From positions 5,890,001-5,954,000 of the forward strand of contig CM022667.1 of the NCBI GenBank assembly GCA_012295275.1: DNA of 64,000 bases, given 5' to 3'. Origin of the DNA: Chrysomallon squamiferum. Its lineage: Eukaryota; Animalia; Mollusca. Position 1 is the first letter of the stretch, and the number at the start of each line of letters is the position of its first letter. Shown one piece after another: positions 38,999 to 51,780 of the stretch. The translations under genes were made by a program, and so were the position numbers. The notes under the pieces were generated by a model, which made no database searches, had not been told where the DNA came from, and worked only from the letters and a program-made list of their open reading frames with translations.

Positions 38999-41687
38999 TG
39001 GCTATGCATACAAATAATGTCAAATAAAACATAAGTCACTTTAAAATCATTTACATTTAACACTGATTAACATATAATAAAATATATGTCATTAACTCTT
39101 ATGTTTGTAGACTTTGAGTTTAAAGTGAAAGATGTTACTGAAGTCTTATCTGTAACAAATGAACAATTACTGAAACTAATTTTTTTTTTTTCCAATATTT
39201 TTAAGTGTCCAGTAACTGAACTAAACTGAATTGGTATACTTTTAAATTATTTCAATTTTGAAACTATATTTACATATGTGTTGTTATTTTTTTACTTTGA
39301 ATAAGTATAAAAAACACAACATTTTTTTTATTTTTTTATTTTTTTTTTATCAAATTGTATGGGAAATAAAGTTCCAGTAAGTTTACTTACAATAAACATC
39401 CAAGGTTACAGTTTTGTTTTTTGACTTGTTTGTGTGTCCATTGGTGACAATACACACACAGACTCCAGCCTCTGTTCTGTGTATTTGTGTAAAAGAAAGT
39501 ACAGCATCATTTATTTCCTTTGTCTGACACTTCCACTTGTAAGAGCAGACTTCATCACAGTCTGCCTCACACAAAACAGCCACGTTTTCACCTTCTACTA
39601 TCTGTACTGGTGAACTTCTGTTCAGTTTAATGTTTTCTGGACCAACTGAAAATAAAAGTAAATTAAATTAAAAATGTTTGCTGTCTACATTAAAACACTG
39701 CAAATCAATGTGTGTGTGTGTGTGTTCCTAGAGAATGGAAAAATGTTTTATTTAACATCATGCTGACAAAGAAATGAAAACCATGATAAATCAGTCATGA
39801 GTCATGAGCATGTAAATATTACCTATACTTTCAAGTGATTTTTTGTGTGTGTGTGTGTTATTTTTTGATCAATTATAAATAACAAAGTAAAATGCCACTA
39901 GGATCCAGCTACCAAAGATCTAGTACAGCTGTTATTACTAGCAGTGGAATCCTTTCTAAAATTCTAATGTTCTTTGAAAAATGATTGGCATTGATTGCAA
40001 TACATTATGTGATTAAATACATTTTCAAAGGCTTATATATGTTTCAAAACAGAGTAGTATGTTATTACCTATTAACTAATAATCCATTTTTAACAGAAAT
40101 GAACCAATTATCTGTCCATTTCTGCTTCTACATACAGCTTTGAACTTTTGGTTTAGTCTTTGTTTTAATTGTATGTATCAAGCAAATTCAAAGCTATGTA
40201 ACTGTCAGAATATCATTATGATTATACTCAATCTATTTGTGGTGTGATAAAATTGAAATATGCATATATTATGTACCAATACTATTTTATATACAGGTAT
40301 CATTGGTCACCTAACAGCAATAAAAACAACAACAATGGTAATAATAACCACAATAATAATTCAAAAAATAATGACACCACTACTACAACAACAACTACTA
40401 CTACTAATAATAGTAATTTGAAAAAATGAATTTAGATCAGTTATAAATAAATAAATTTCTACTATTATTTTTAAATAAAACTCACAGTGTACTTTCAGAG
40501 TGAAACTTTTAGTGAGAGATTTGGCTGAGACTCTGTTAGTCACAGTACATGTGTACTTCTGTCCTGTCTGGTTTCTTCTCACATTTGTAACTCTGAGCTC
40601 AGACCCTGACTCAATCTGTTGATTGTTAAGAGACCAGGAAAACAAACATGGCGGCTTGCAGACAGCAACACAGTTTACATTCAAATCATCTCCTTCTTCA
40701 ACATTTCCTGGTGAAGTCAGCTCTACACTGTCTGGTCCACCTGAAAAAAAAAAATAATAACAACAAATAAATTAATAATAATAATAAAAACTAAAATAAT
40801 AATAACAACAACAACAACAACAACAACAAATATAAATATAACAATGTGATATTTTAATTTGCTAAAAATAACTTCCATTAATGACCATGTGATCAGGTGT
40901 GTAATTTGCTTATATGTAATATGCATTAGAAACAACTATTATTGCTTTTATAATACTGAGATATACTGATTTTCTAGAACTATGCTTCTTTTTAATTTTA
41001 TAGTAACATAAAACCCCAGGACAAAAAGCTACCAGTCCAAAAATACACAGATGCCACCCAGCAGAAATTCAAGATAGGAAAAAAGACCTTGCCAGTGAAA
41101 AAACAAGGTAGGAGATAATTTCTCACCTGAACTTTTTAAAGAGCACTGTATCTGTTACATCATTAATATTTTCAATTTTATTTGGAGGAGTGAGAATCTA
41201 TACATTATTTATTAGTAATCTTAGTACAAAGTGCTTCATAATTAGTGTGCTACCATTTGATGCTTTTTGCCATGGTAATGTGTAAGATAATATGAAATGA
41301 TTTTGTCATGAAGCCATTGTTTGTCCTCATATTGTTTTGTTTTGGGATTTTTCTCTTTTTTCTTTTTTCTATCTAGGGGCTTTTGTCCTACTTTGAAAAC
41401 CCACTAGAGGACCTTTTGTATGGGGGGGGGCATATGTCTTGTATTCTGTTTAACGCAATTATTTCATAGCAATTAATTACATGGGTAAGCAAACACATTA
41501 AATTAATTGATAATCATGCCAATATTATTCTGATTTTGATAAAAATATTAGTATGGATAATTTAAGTGGTTGTTTTTTATCTGTTGGTGGGCAGTTAGTT
41601 ATACCTTGTTTTGTTGATTTTAATTTCTTCCACTGGGAGCTTTTGCACTACCAGACATATAAGCTTATGTACTAAATACTGTTTAAT

Positions 41688-41720
<33 letters not shown>

Positions 41721-44700
41721 TTTCAGACATACATCTCCTTTCATGCACACTATCACAGATAAACAAGATCTTCAGAGTGGTGGACTTTCTGAGCTAAAGC
41801 CACAGTTTAAAGTCAGTCAAAGAAAAATAAATTATTTCACTGAAAACTAGCACTATTTATGTACAACAGATTATTATAACAGAAGTTGATCTAGTCTTCT
41901 GAAATGCACCATTTTTTTTTCATTTTTAATGTATTTGAATTTTGTAGCTAATAATACAAATTAAACTTAACACTAATGTAAACTTAACTATTAATAAACC
42001 TAAATTCTGATTATTTGCGTGTGATTTACCACTGAACAGGCATTATATTGTAAAAGTACTTAGTTTTTAATTATTTTTTAAAACAGCAAAATAAATAACA
42101 GCTATTTATGAGACAATAGAATTTTTTATTTAATTTCTTTCTTAGGATTTTTTTTTTTTCATGTGACATAACTTTAAAAATTATACAGAAGTAAATACTA
42201 GTGCATAATCACTTGAAATTCTTAACTATTTACTGTGATATTCATGTACAAAAAGAGAAATATTTATGACTTTAATAACTGAACATTTATAAGCAAGCAC
42301 TCCAGGAACATTAAAAAACAGTATGACAACAGAAGTCACCAAACTGCAATGAAGACATAAGCAGATTTTATTCCAAATTATACTTCAGTCTTGTAGAGAG
42401 GGCAATTGAAAGTCAGGAAGACTGTATATGTATTCTGAGCCTTTTCTAGGCTATTTTTATTCTATAAATTTTTATATTGTAAATACATAAACAGATTAAA
42501 ATAAATATAAAAAATGAGTAAAAATTCAACTGTTATTACTGTCATGAACAGTAACATCAAAAGTTACTGTTTAAAAACTGATTTTTGATTGCAGTAAGTT
42601 AGTTCATTAAACTGTGGTATTTGAGGTTTTCAAGTTACTTAATGTTAAGCACATGAAATACTGTTGTACAGTATTTTAAATGATTGTTGAACACAAAAAC
42701 TTATTCAGAAATTAAAAACATCAAATGAAGGTTTAAATGTTGTAGAAAATAGCTCAGCAGTTGATGGGAATTGCTTTATTTGGGAAACTTAACTGAAAAG
42801 TGAAGATGAACCTTTTAATTTTTTCTTTGTTGAGTAGATGTTGAAAACACTGTTATTATTTACTGACATAATGTTAACACAGACTGGCTGTTTATATTCC
42901 TTGTATGATAAAACTGACACAGTAATCTCTGGAGTAGTGTGTTTTGTTTATGTGCCAACATTTTTTCTTGCCAGCAACACTCATATTTATGGTATAAAAT
43001 TTGAATAGCACGGTCAAATAATTTTTAAAATGCCATTGTGAAAACATCTCTACACAGCCTATTTTGTTTTCTTCATCAGCAGTTGCTGATATTATCCTCT
43101 CTGAATTGTTGATCTGTACTAGTCACAATGGAAGAAACACACACTGTAACACTGTTTACTAAATCATGTGATTTAATGTTTCTTAGATGTTGCGTTGAAG
43201 GTATTCTTATGTATGTTGTCAAATTAAGATTTGATTTAAAATCTGAAAAAGTGCCAAAATATTTATTATTCTCTAATCCTTACAGTCAGTGAAAATAGTT
43301 TAACAGTATATCTATTGATTCTCTTTCTTATACTGCCAATCTGTTCAAAGACATAAATGATTTAAAGTATCATCTACAGATATCTTTCTGTGTGTTGGTG
43401 TGTGTGTGTATGTGTGTGTATATGCTTTAAAGAAAAAAAAAATATTGATCATTTATTTATTTATATTTTATTTATTTATTATTTATTTTATTGGACTTTT
43501 TACTGTACATGGTTCATTATAATTATTTCCTTTAATTAGTTCTTGTCATTAATTGGAATTAATGAAAGTGTAATTTATCAAAGTGAAATTTATACAGCAG
43601 CAAACAAAACAACAGAAATAACAACAAAACAAAAACAAAAAACATTATAAATAAATAACATTAACAATTATAAACAAATAAATAAAATATGAAAATTATG
43701 ATATAAATAAAAAAAATAAATAAAAAAAATCTTATTATAGCATTCTTCAAAGAAATGTATATTAACATTGTTCAAAAATATGTACATTACAAATTCCAGT
43801 TGTATGTACATTAACACTGTAGAAAGAAATACATGTTGGCATCACAGAGATATATGTATATCAACATTGTATAAAGATATTTTCATTACAGAGTAACCAA
43901 TTTATTGGTCATTTCTCTTCAAAACAAACAAAAATAACACATCAAAATAGTACATGATGCTCTGTGATTTCAAATTATCATATATTTAGTTGATGATAAT
44001 AACGATAATAACAATAAATATAATACAGTAATCTTGCAACAAATTATATTAATAAAAAAGTGTGAATCATTCAGTGTATTAAAATTAAAATAATCTTGTG
44101 CTACCAATCAGGTAAATTAAATTTATTTTTTAGAATTATCATTCTGTCCTATGGGAAATATATTGAATGTTTAATATATTTTATGAATACATTTCTTTTT
44201 TACTTACTATAGATAAGATCTTTGTTATACAAACATAATTATTTACTTACTGCTCATTTCTAATCTCAGTGGGGTACTGGAGTTTTCAGCAGTATTCAGT
44301 TTACAAAACCAGTCTGCGACATCCTGATCTGAAGCTTTGTTAATTGTCACAGAATAGTTCTTAGTGGTTGACAGTCTGCTGTTTGTTCCATCTCCACACT
44401 CTACAGAATAACTCTGTCTGTCAGTTGGAGGATTCCACACAGAACACTGATCTAGTTTCTGTCTGAGTGAAGCAAAACTCACACTGCCATCATCTTTATA
44501 AAATACTATTCTGTCATCAAGATTTTCAGCACCTGACACTGTACAAGTCAGAGTAAACTGTTTGTCTTTGACTAAATGAGATGAAGATCCAGACAAAGTC
44601 TGTGAAACACAATCTGTAAAATAAAAGATAAAATCTTTGTTTTTTGAGTATATTTTTGTTTCCTAGTTTATTATAGTTGCACTTAATAACATTCCTCATT

Positions 44701-46615
44701 CATACAACAGTGTAAACTGATAACAGATTTAGATTTTTTATTTTTTCTAATATAAGTCTTTCTATTTTCTAAATAACAATTTTTGTCAGAATGAACATTG
44801 TTAAAATGTATATTTAACTTAATATTTCTTTAAATATTACATTCCACTGAACCAAATCAGAGGCATAAATTACAAGTAAAAATTTAAAGGAGCAGAAACA
44901 CAGTAATTTCATTTGATACTACTGACAAATGGAACTGAATCTCAAAACCAAATATTTACACTTTATGTTGCGATGGGCACTTGTTTTTAGAGGGAATAGA
45001 CCTGGGGGGGGGTCTCCCATTTCATATAAAATATTTCCTTAAAGAAAATCCTATTCATAAAATAAGAAAAATAAATTATTATACCTCTTTTATTCTACAC
45101 ACTTCTAGAATGAGAGGTGGAGGATGTATTACAGTGATTATGTGCACACTGAATAGGCAAGCAAAAATCTTTTGCGTGATGAATATGTTAAATATTTTTG
45201 GTTATTTTTAATCTTCATCTATTAAAATTTATCTTTAATATATTTTTGAAAAACTTCAGTATCTGCAATGCTGGAAATTTTGGTGAATAATTAAACAAAT
45301 CCCAACTAACAGTTAAAAAACAAAACAAAAAATATATTAACATCCATTTATTTTATATTCAGCCACATAACACCAGAATAATATGAATTATTATATCATA
45401 TTTAGTAAATATAAATGATACATGGAGCAATATGGTGTATATTAGTGTTACATTACATATCAATTTACACATGAGTTCAGCAAAGTTCAGCTGGTGACTG
45501 TTAAACAAATAGTCTAGGGCTTTGATTAATTAGTCAGTAAGCTGTTTATGGGAGACAACCCTTTCTACAGCCAGTCAATATTTTTGTTCCTAGACTGTAC
45601 ACAGTCATAATCAACCAACAATGTTTTTTCTTCTTCTTCTGATTTGTTTAACATCATTAAAAGCTTCTTTGATTAAATAATAATAATAATAATAATAATA
45701 ATTTTAATCCATAACAAATTTAAGAAAATTATAATAATAAGAAAAATATTGTTTGTTTCTGTATTAATTATTAAAAATTATTTTAACAATTTGGTCAGTC
45801 ACAATGGATCAGTTATTAATGATGATAGACATCATGCCACATATTTATTAGTTATTTGTTTATTCATTTTTAGATTTATATGCATGTTGTTTTTTCATAA
45901 TAATAATAATAATAACTATTAAAAAAGATATCAAATTAAAAAAATAATAAAATGCAAATAGAAAATGTGTATTAGATCTTTTATATATAGCAACAATTTG
46001 TACTTATAAATAATAGTTTTCTCAATTCTATGAATATTTAAAAATAATATTAATAATATTCAGAATTATTTATTGTTTAATAATAGACATTATGTCTTTT
46101 CACAAACTGACGTCATGATCTGTATTAAATATAATTATGAAAATTAAAATGTTAATAAAATTATGCCTGGTTGCTAATAGATGTTGTTTAATCCTACTTA
46201 ACTGATCACATTTGACTCAAAATTAATAAAAGTATCTAAACTGCAATCAAAGAGGAACACTGGTCTGTGTACGTCACACATGAAATCAGATTTTAATTTT
46301 TACTTTTCTGAGAAATATCTGTTAATGAGAAATATAAGACCTTTAACTGATCGGTTTTTATTTAAATGTTAAATTTGTTTTCAATTTAATATGTTTCAGT
46401 GTAATCCAGTTCATTAAAACATAAATAAAAACAAAAATAAAGAAAAGCAGGCAATTTTCATCAGTCTGAATAAAAGCAAAATAATTTCACAGCTGACAAT
46501 AAATCATGATTGAGAGTTAAGAAGTTTTAACAGTTTCTGTAAACTTACCTGAATACGTAACACAATTCAAGAAGAACACGACTAAAATCAGTTTCTTGTC
46601 GACTGTAGAAAACAT
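33158..46615 (-). CDS. Gene B (spliced): type I IgSF receptor SP-IgV-Ig-Ig-Ig-Ig-FN3-TM with ITIM/ITSM tail, ~837 aa
   Basis: 13 exons: 46549-46615, 44251-44613, 40486-40740, 39391-39645, 38510-38788, 37254-37559, 36124-36423, 35703-35852, 35317-35409, 34854-34922, 33945-34052, 33511-33593, 33158-33343. Total 2514 nt, continuous frame, canonical splice sites. Confidence 0.85.
33511..33593 (-). CDS. Gene B cytoplasmic exon (DEKHIYGNDNMAFVEDKKPKKPRKRKTE)
   Basis: tag acceptor, gtacgt donor, phase 1-0; homolog at 53545-53618. Confidence 0.78.
33945..34052 (-). CDS. Gene B cytoplasmic exon (..ADLYAAVDKTKKPK..)
   Basis: Inside ORF 33880-34068; 108 nt; homolog at 53957-54064. Confidence 0.8.
34854..34922 (-). 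CDS. Gene B cytoplasmic exon (VGIAAGVEYALVNKDKKHKVDNK)
   Basis: cag acceptor, gtatgg donor, 69 nt; ITIM-like VEYALV. Confidence 0.7.
35317..35409 (-). CDS. Gene B cytoplasmic exon (VNNSNALYAVVNKIKRAG..)
   Basis: cag acceptor, gttat donor, 93 nt, phase 1-1. Confidence 0.7.
35703..35852 (-). CDS. Gene B TM exon
   Basis: KIVAVAAGAAGVAVIVAVVVVLLVLFL followed by RRRK stop-transfer; NAGNAG acceptor. Confidence 0.88.
   Translation of the reverse strand, partial: QQKILKILRLWQLQLVLLVLLLLLQWLLFYLCCSLDEESKIQHHLIKLL
36124..36423 (-). CDS. Gene B fibronectin type III exon
   Basis: GPPTVP..SVSVSW..FNGGSQQTFLVQY..LQPNTRYLIRVLAFNKFG; 300 nt. Confidence 0.9.
37254..37559 (-). CDS. Gene B Ig domain 5 (lacks core Cys pair)
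   Basis: SVIANPVPTFTW..EDFGIYQVVVSNG; 306 nt. Confidence 0.88.
38510..38788 (-). CDS. Gene B Ig domain 4
   Basis: SLRCEVGSNP..DTGFYTCEAGN; 279 nt. Confidence 0.9.
39391..39645 (-). CDS. Gene B Ig domain 3
   Basis: GPENIKL..LCEADCDEVCSYKW..EAGVCVCIVTN; 255 nt. Confidence 0.88.
40486..40740 (-). CDS. Gene B Ig domain 2
   Basis: GPDSVEL..NCVAVCKPPCLFSW..YTCTVTN; 255 nt. Confidence 0.9.
44251..44613 (-). CDS. Gene B N-terminal V-like Ig domain
   Basis: FTLTCTVSG..YSVTINKASDQDVADWFC; extra Cys pair; 363 nt. Confidence 0.9.
46549..46615 (-). CDS. Gene B signal peptide exon (MFSTVDKKLILVVFFLNCVTYS)
   Basis: Hydrophobic core; gtaagt donor in phase 1; alternative in-frame ATG at 46624. Confidence 0.82.
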
Positions 46616-46619
46616 CGTA

Positions 46620-47280
46620 CACATAATTTATTAACTGTAAATAGTGACAATATTTTAATCTCTCAAGAAGACACGACGCACTTGCTTGCAATTCACTTCC
46701 TGATTAATTTTGTAATTAAAATGTGTATTTCTATCCGGATTTAGTTAATGCAATAACATCGATTTTCGATTTGAACTAAGTTGTATAATTATGGTGAATA
46801 AATACCATGTAAATCTTAGTTTTGGCGTTGTGTTACAAATAGTAGCGATCTTTTGATACAACTGACTAACTTAACTCACAGCGAACTTCGACTAAGTTTA
46901 CTGTACTGAATATGAAAACTAAAACGAGGCTAGGCATTACCTCTCCTATCGATATGTATCCAGGGTTAAGGCTCGTGAAGTGTGCGAACTTGTGTAGATC
47001 ATCTGAAATGATTCCGTTACTCGTTAATCGTCTTTTTACTTGGTTCACGGGTGCGTGCAGTCAAAAGTTAGCAACAAAATAATATTCATCACGTTTATTA
47101 ACGCTAATAATTTGTTTTGCGAGTACAAAGTCGCATGTAACTGGATATATATATATATAATAGAGTTAATACTTGGCCACGTTTATATATATATATATTG
47201 CTTTCAGTCGTTATCATGGGTATGTGTATGATACAGAAGACACTATAGCAACTAGATCGACCAAGAATTTCCGAGGTTTC
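46620..47280 (-). promoter_or_regulatory. Putative gene B promoter, CpG-enriched, with an ETS-type site (CAGGAAGTG at 46694-46702)
   Basis: Local CpG enrichment just upstream of the start exon; exact ETS core consensus ~80 bp upstream of the ATG. Confidence 0.4.
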
Positions 47281-47849
47281 TCTGACTGATTATGATATAT
47301 GAATGTGTTGTTTGCATTTGGTTTGTTTGTTTTGAAAGTTATAATAAATAGCAATAAAATAATTTAAATTTAAAAAACCCCAGAAGAATGTCTGTACGGG
47401 AATGTGTGTGTGTATACTGCATGCTATGTTATATACACGTAATAATAGAGCTAACAGTAACAGGTCACTAGTCTTATAAAGAAACAAGAACTAAATTTAT
47501 ATATAAGAGACAATACAAATGTTAACATATTTATCAAATGAGGAAATCCAGGAATATAAAATAAATTTTACTGATGATATCCACATCAAGCATAGTTCAG
47601 CAATTAAATTTATTTATTTATTTATTATTATTATTATTTTTTTTATCTACTATATTTTGTAACAGAAATGGGCATATAAAGCAGATTGGCTGTTATGAAG
47701 CATGAGTACCCGGCACCATTACATGTCAAGTTCATTAGAGAGCTCATTGCTTGTCCAACAGGCAGACATTTAGGGAGCTGATTTCAGAGGCGCATTTCTC
47801 AAAATCAACAACAGCTTCTACAGCTTCTAGCCAATGCTATAAAAATGCA

Positions 47850-47965
47850 AATTTTTACCTGTGTAAACTCTACTAAATGCTATTCCATAATTCTGGATTG
47901 CATACCTGATGTAAGTCATGTTGAGCAAATGATAATGATTGTCCATTTTGTTGATGTAATCTGAA
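47850..47965 (+). mobile_element. hAT transposase fragment (DUF4371/ZMYM-like)
   Basis: Translates as YSIILDCIPDVSHVEQMIMIVHFVD, matching the hAT motif YSIILDxTPDxSHxEQ. Confidence 0.7.
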
Positions 47966-48043
47966 CATCAGATAACTGCATAACTGAGCCTGAAGTCATC
48001 ACAAATGTCTGTCTTTATGTTTGTTAATTTTGATAATAAGATA

Positions 48044-48797
48044 CACTGGTACCTTGAATTACGAGTGCTCCAACTTACGAATTTTCCGAGTTACGAGCAG
48101 TTGCCCGGTCGAGTTGCGAGCGAGCTTCAGATACGCCTCCGCTAGTTGCCGCAACGAACAACACAACATCCGCCAAGCATCCCGCGTCTCACTCGTTTGC
48201 TTCATGTGGTTATCTCGCTGTGGAAGCATTTCTGTTTTGTTGTGCTCGCGTTGTGCAGTATTTTGCCAAATTTATTTTTTCTGACCATGGATCTTAAGAA
48301 AGTGAGTGCAAAGGACAGAGCTGAGAAGAAGCAGCTGATGATGTACATTGAATGAAAGCATGAAATCATAGAAAAAACATGAGCGAGGTGTGCGTGTAGT
48401 CAATATGGATAGGCAGTACGAACGTAGTACTTTACGATATGTACCATACTGAAGCAGAAGGAGTCGATAAAGGCTATAACTCCAGCCAAAGGCGTTAAAA
48501 TGATTTTTAAGCTGCAGACCTATGTCCATGAAATGATGGAGAAATCCTTACCATGTACACTTTACATAAAAATATTTTTTCTTTACATTGTCTGCAGTTT
48601 TGTTTTTTATACAATATTTGACATTTATACATTCATTTTTCTTATTTAAAAACACATTACAAAAACTTGGGATGGTTTTGGGGGGCTGGAACGGATTAAT
48701 GGTATTTCAGTTAATTTCATTTGGGAAAATTAATTTGATATACGAGCAAATTCAAGTTATGAGCTCTTTCACGAAACGAATTAAACTCGTAAATCGT
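48044..48797 (+). mobile_element. Tigger/pogo-family DNA transposon, internally deleted
   Basis: TA|cactggtaccttgaattacgag 5' TIR; HTH remnant KHEIIEKHERGVRV..ICTILKQKESIKAITPAKGVK; 3' subterminal acgaattaaactcgtaaatcg. Confidence 0.82.
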
Positions 48798-49299
48798 TTT
48801 AGATATGTATGTTTTTTTTCACATATTGATAGGTAATATTCTTTGTAAGTCAGTAATACAGAATGCAGTTATCAATGCTTGAGGCAATAATGTCTAATTT
48901 GTTAATAATAAGATTTGTTAAATGTAAATTGTTACATCTCTAAATTTTATATGTTGTAACTAATATTTTTAGTCTGAATATTTAATAAAAATCTGCATTG
49001 GTTGACTTACAATCATTAGTACTGACACTGAATGACCTATCACTGAGGATTATAAGGAATCCAGTCTGCAGTTACTTTATGTATAGCACCATGTCAAACG
49101 TTCATAAGCTTTGGACAGTTTGTTTGTGGATTATGTGACCTTGAAATGACCTTTAGAACACCATTATAGACAAGGATGTTAGTAAGAAAAGAAAATATAC
49201 ACAGAAAACCATTAATAAACGTAACTGTTCACAAGAAAATCACCTGGCATGCTTCAGAGATGGAGAGAGTCAAACATGGATTTTACATATCAACTCATT

Positions 49300-49700
49300 T
49301 GTACATCTTTGTCTCATGCAGTTGTCAGACAGGTGAGCAAGTCTTGGAAGGGGAAGGTTCTACCGCTCTGTCACAAATCATTCACTCAGATGTTGCAGGC
49401 TGGCAGGAGATTTGCAGCAAAGTGAAAGAGCAGACATTCCACGATTGAAATTGGTTGAGACTCTTTTCATCATGAAGGGAAGAAATACCTGGTTGCTGAT
49501 AACTATTCAATTTCAGATAAAAACCTTTTCTGCAGAAAACTAAATTCAGAAAACATAATTAAAGAATTTGAATATCACAAAATTAATCTCAGAAAATTTG
49601 TATCTGACTAATTCTGCACTAGCCAAGATCTGGGGGTTTGGCATACAGATGTGAAGATAGTGCAAAATTATTAATGAAAGGTAAAGCAACTAAAATGGAC
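49300..49700 (+). mobile_element. Ty3/Gypsy integrase fragment, decayed
   Basis: Broken frames resembling DLF..GxxYLxVxDxYS, IVSD and WGFxH integrase motifs. Confidence 0.45.
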
Positions 49701-50030
49701 CATCATTGTTTTATTTCTGAAAGGGAAGATGTCACATAGTAAATACAGTCAACTAATAATAAGATATCTGTAGCAATCATAATAACTTCATAATAACTAG
49801 ACAGAATGTAGCCAAAGAAAATGAGATGGTTATTAATTACTCATAGTAGAATAGAAAACAGTCTGATTAAAGATTGGCACAGAAGTTTTGTGTCTTTGTT
49901 TTTTCATTAAATAGTTAATAATAATAAAATAAATAAAACTGAAGAAATAGTACAGACACCACATATTTATTTCGTGAAGACTGGCTTTGATTTGATGGAA
50001 CAAAATCAGTTTGAAAATGGTTGATTTTGG

Positions 50031-50076
<46 letters not shown>

Positions 50077-51577
50077 ATGAACAAATGGCTTCTGCACATC
50101 TTAAAAGTAACAATAAACATTGTAAGTATTGAGAGTTTCAAGGATCTAATTGGCATATAAAGGCAAGGGAATTTTTTTTTTATAAAACATGATATATATT
50201 GGTTTACATTTTATAATTCATTTCTTCTTTTATATATACTGTTATGTGGGTTTGAGTAGAAAATTTATATTGGGAATGTTTACCAGGCATAACATTAAGA
50301 AATTAATTTTCATAATAGCATTAAATAGAATAGAATACAAATGACAGGCTTCAATTATTGACAACTGAAAACAGAGTTACTGTATAGAAAACTGTATTTT
50401 AAGACAAAAGTACTTTTTTATATTCAAACCAAATTATTTCAAAAGCATTAAATGATGTTACGAAAATATTGCAGTCTGTCTTAACAATTTCCTACACTAA
50501 GCAGTTTTTGTAACTAACAAATAAAAACGAAAAGAAAAATTAATACTTTAAAGAGTTTTAATTGCTTTTAATTGTAATGAACATAACAAAAAAAAATAAA
50601 AGTTAATGAAAGCAGGCTGTAGTAAAGAAATAAATGTGACAAAACAGAAATATAAAGTTTGAAAACAGTAAGAAAGAAATAATGGCATGAAGCATCAAAA
50701 TCTGATGCAACTATATAATAAAAGAATATAAATATCTTGTTTTTGTTGGATTTAAGTAAGCAATAAAGGAATTTGAAAATAAACAATTTTTATGTAATAA
50801 TTCACCATATAAAAAGTGTATATAACAATACTTTTAGATATGGATACAATAGAACCTAATCACACACCCATACACACACAAGAATTTTGAAAATAATTAT
50901 CAAAGCAAATCCTAATTAAAATATGATGCTTTATGTCAATGCAAAATAAAAATTAAAAAATAAATGAAAATACAAGTAACATATTAATTATACAAAACTT
51001 TAATAATAATCTGGGTATAAAATTTCAATATATACAAAAATGATACAGTATCCAGTTATTTCTTACATATCTCTCTATACAGTAAAACTTCTCTCAGCAT
51101 TACATCATTGAAAGGGCTTCAGTTTACTAGGATTAACCTTTTCAAGATGTACATGTAGCCACAGTCATGAGTTTTGGCATGTGCTTGACAAAATCACTGC
51201 TAAACAAGCTCATTAAGTCAATTTATACATTAATAAACTGCTGTTTGCTTCCATTGGCATTATTTTATACATATTCTAGGGTGTGTTGGACATAGATTCT
51301 CCAATGCAAAACGAATCACATAATGACTGTAATTTTGGTTCAGGTAAACTTTCAAAGCTGTTCATAATTGCAACTTTATCATTTTATAGTTTTGATGAAT
51401 GTTCCAAAAAGCTAACAATGCTCAATATGGAAATGAAATGGTATTGACATAACCACTGTACATTCATAATTACTTATTTCTGGAATAGAAACAAGTGAAA
51501 TGCAGTGAGTTAAATTCATCTTTATTACTGTTATACACAAAAAAGAGTTCATTCAATTACAATGTTTTTTCTGGAAT

Positions 51578-51780
51578 CAGACTAGTTAGAGCACTGTTCC
51601 ACAGATGTTCAAATGTCACCACAATTTTAACAAGCAGAAATAAACATACCTTGAATGTTTTTGATTATTTGGTTTACAAAGGTTAAATTTGTATTAAATA
51701 AACACAACAGGAATTGGTATTGAGAGTAGAGAGACTTATTGTGGTTAATGCTGTGTAAATCATGGGACCAAGAAATCAGT
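51578..51780 (+). repeat. Dispersed repeat; second copy at ~59978-60262
   Basis: Shared cagactagtta-agcactgttccacag, aaatttgtattaaataaac, gagtagaga and aaatcatgg-accaag blocks. Confidence 0.6.
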
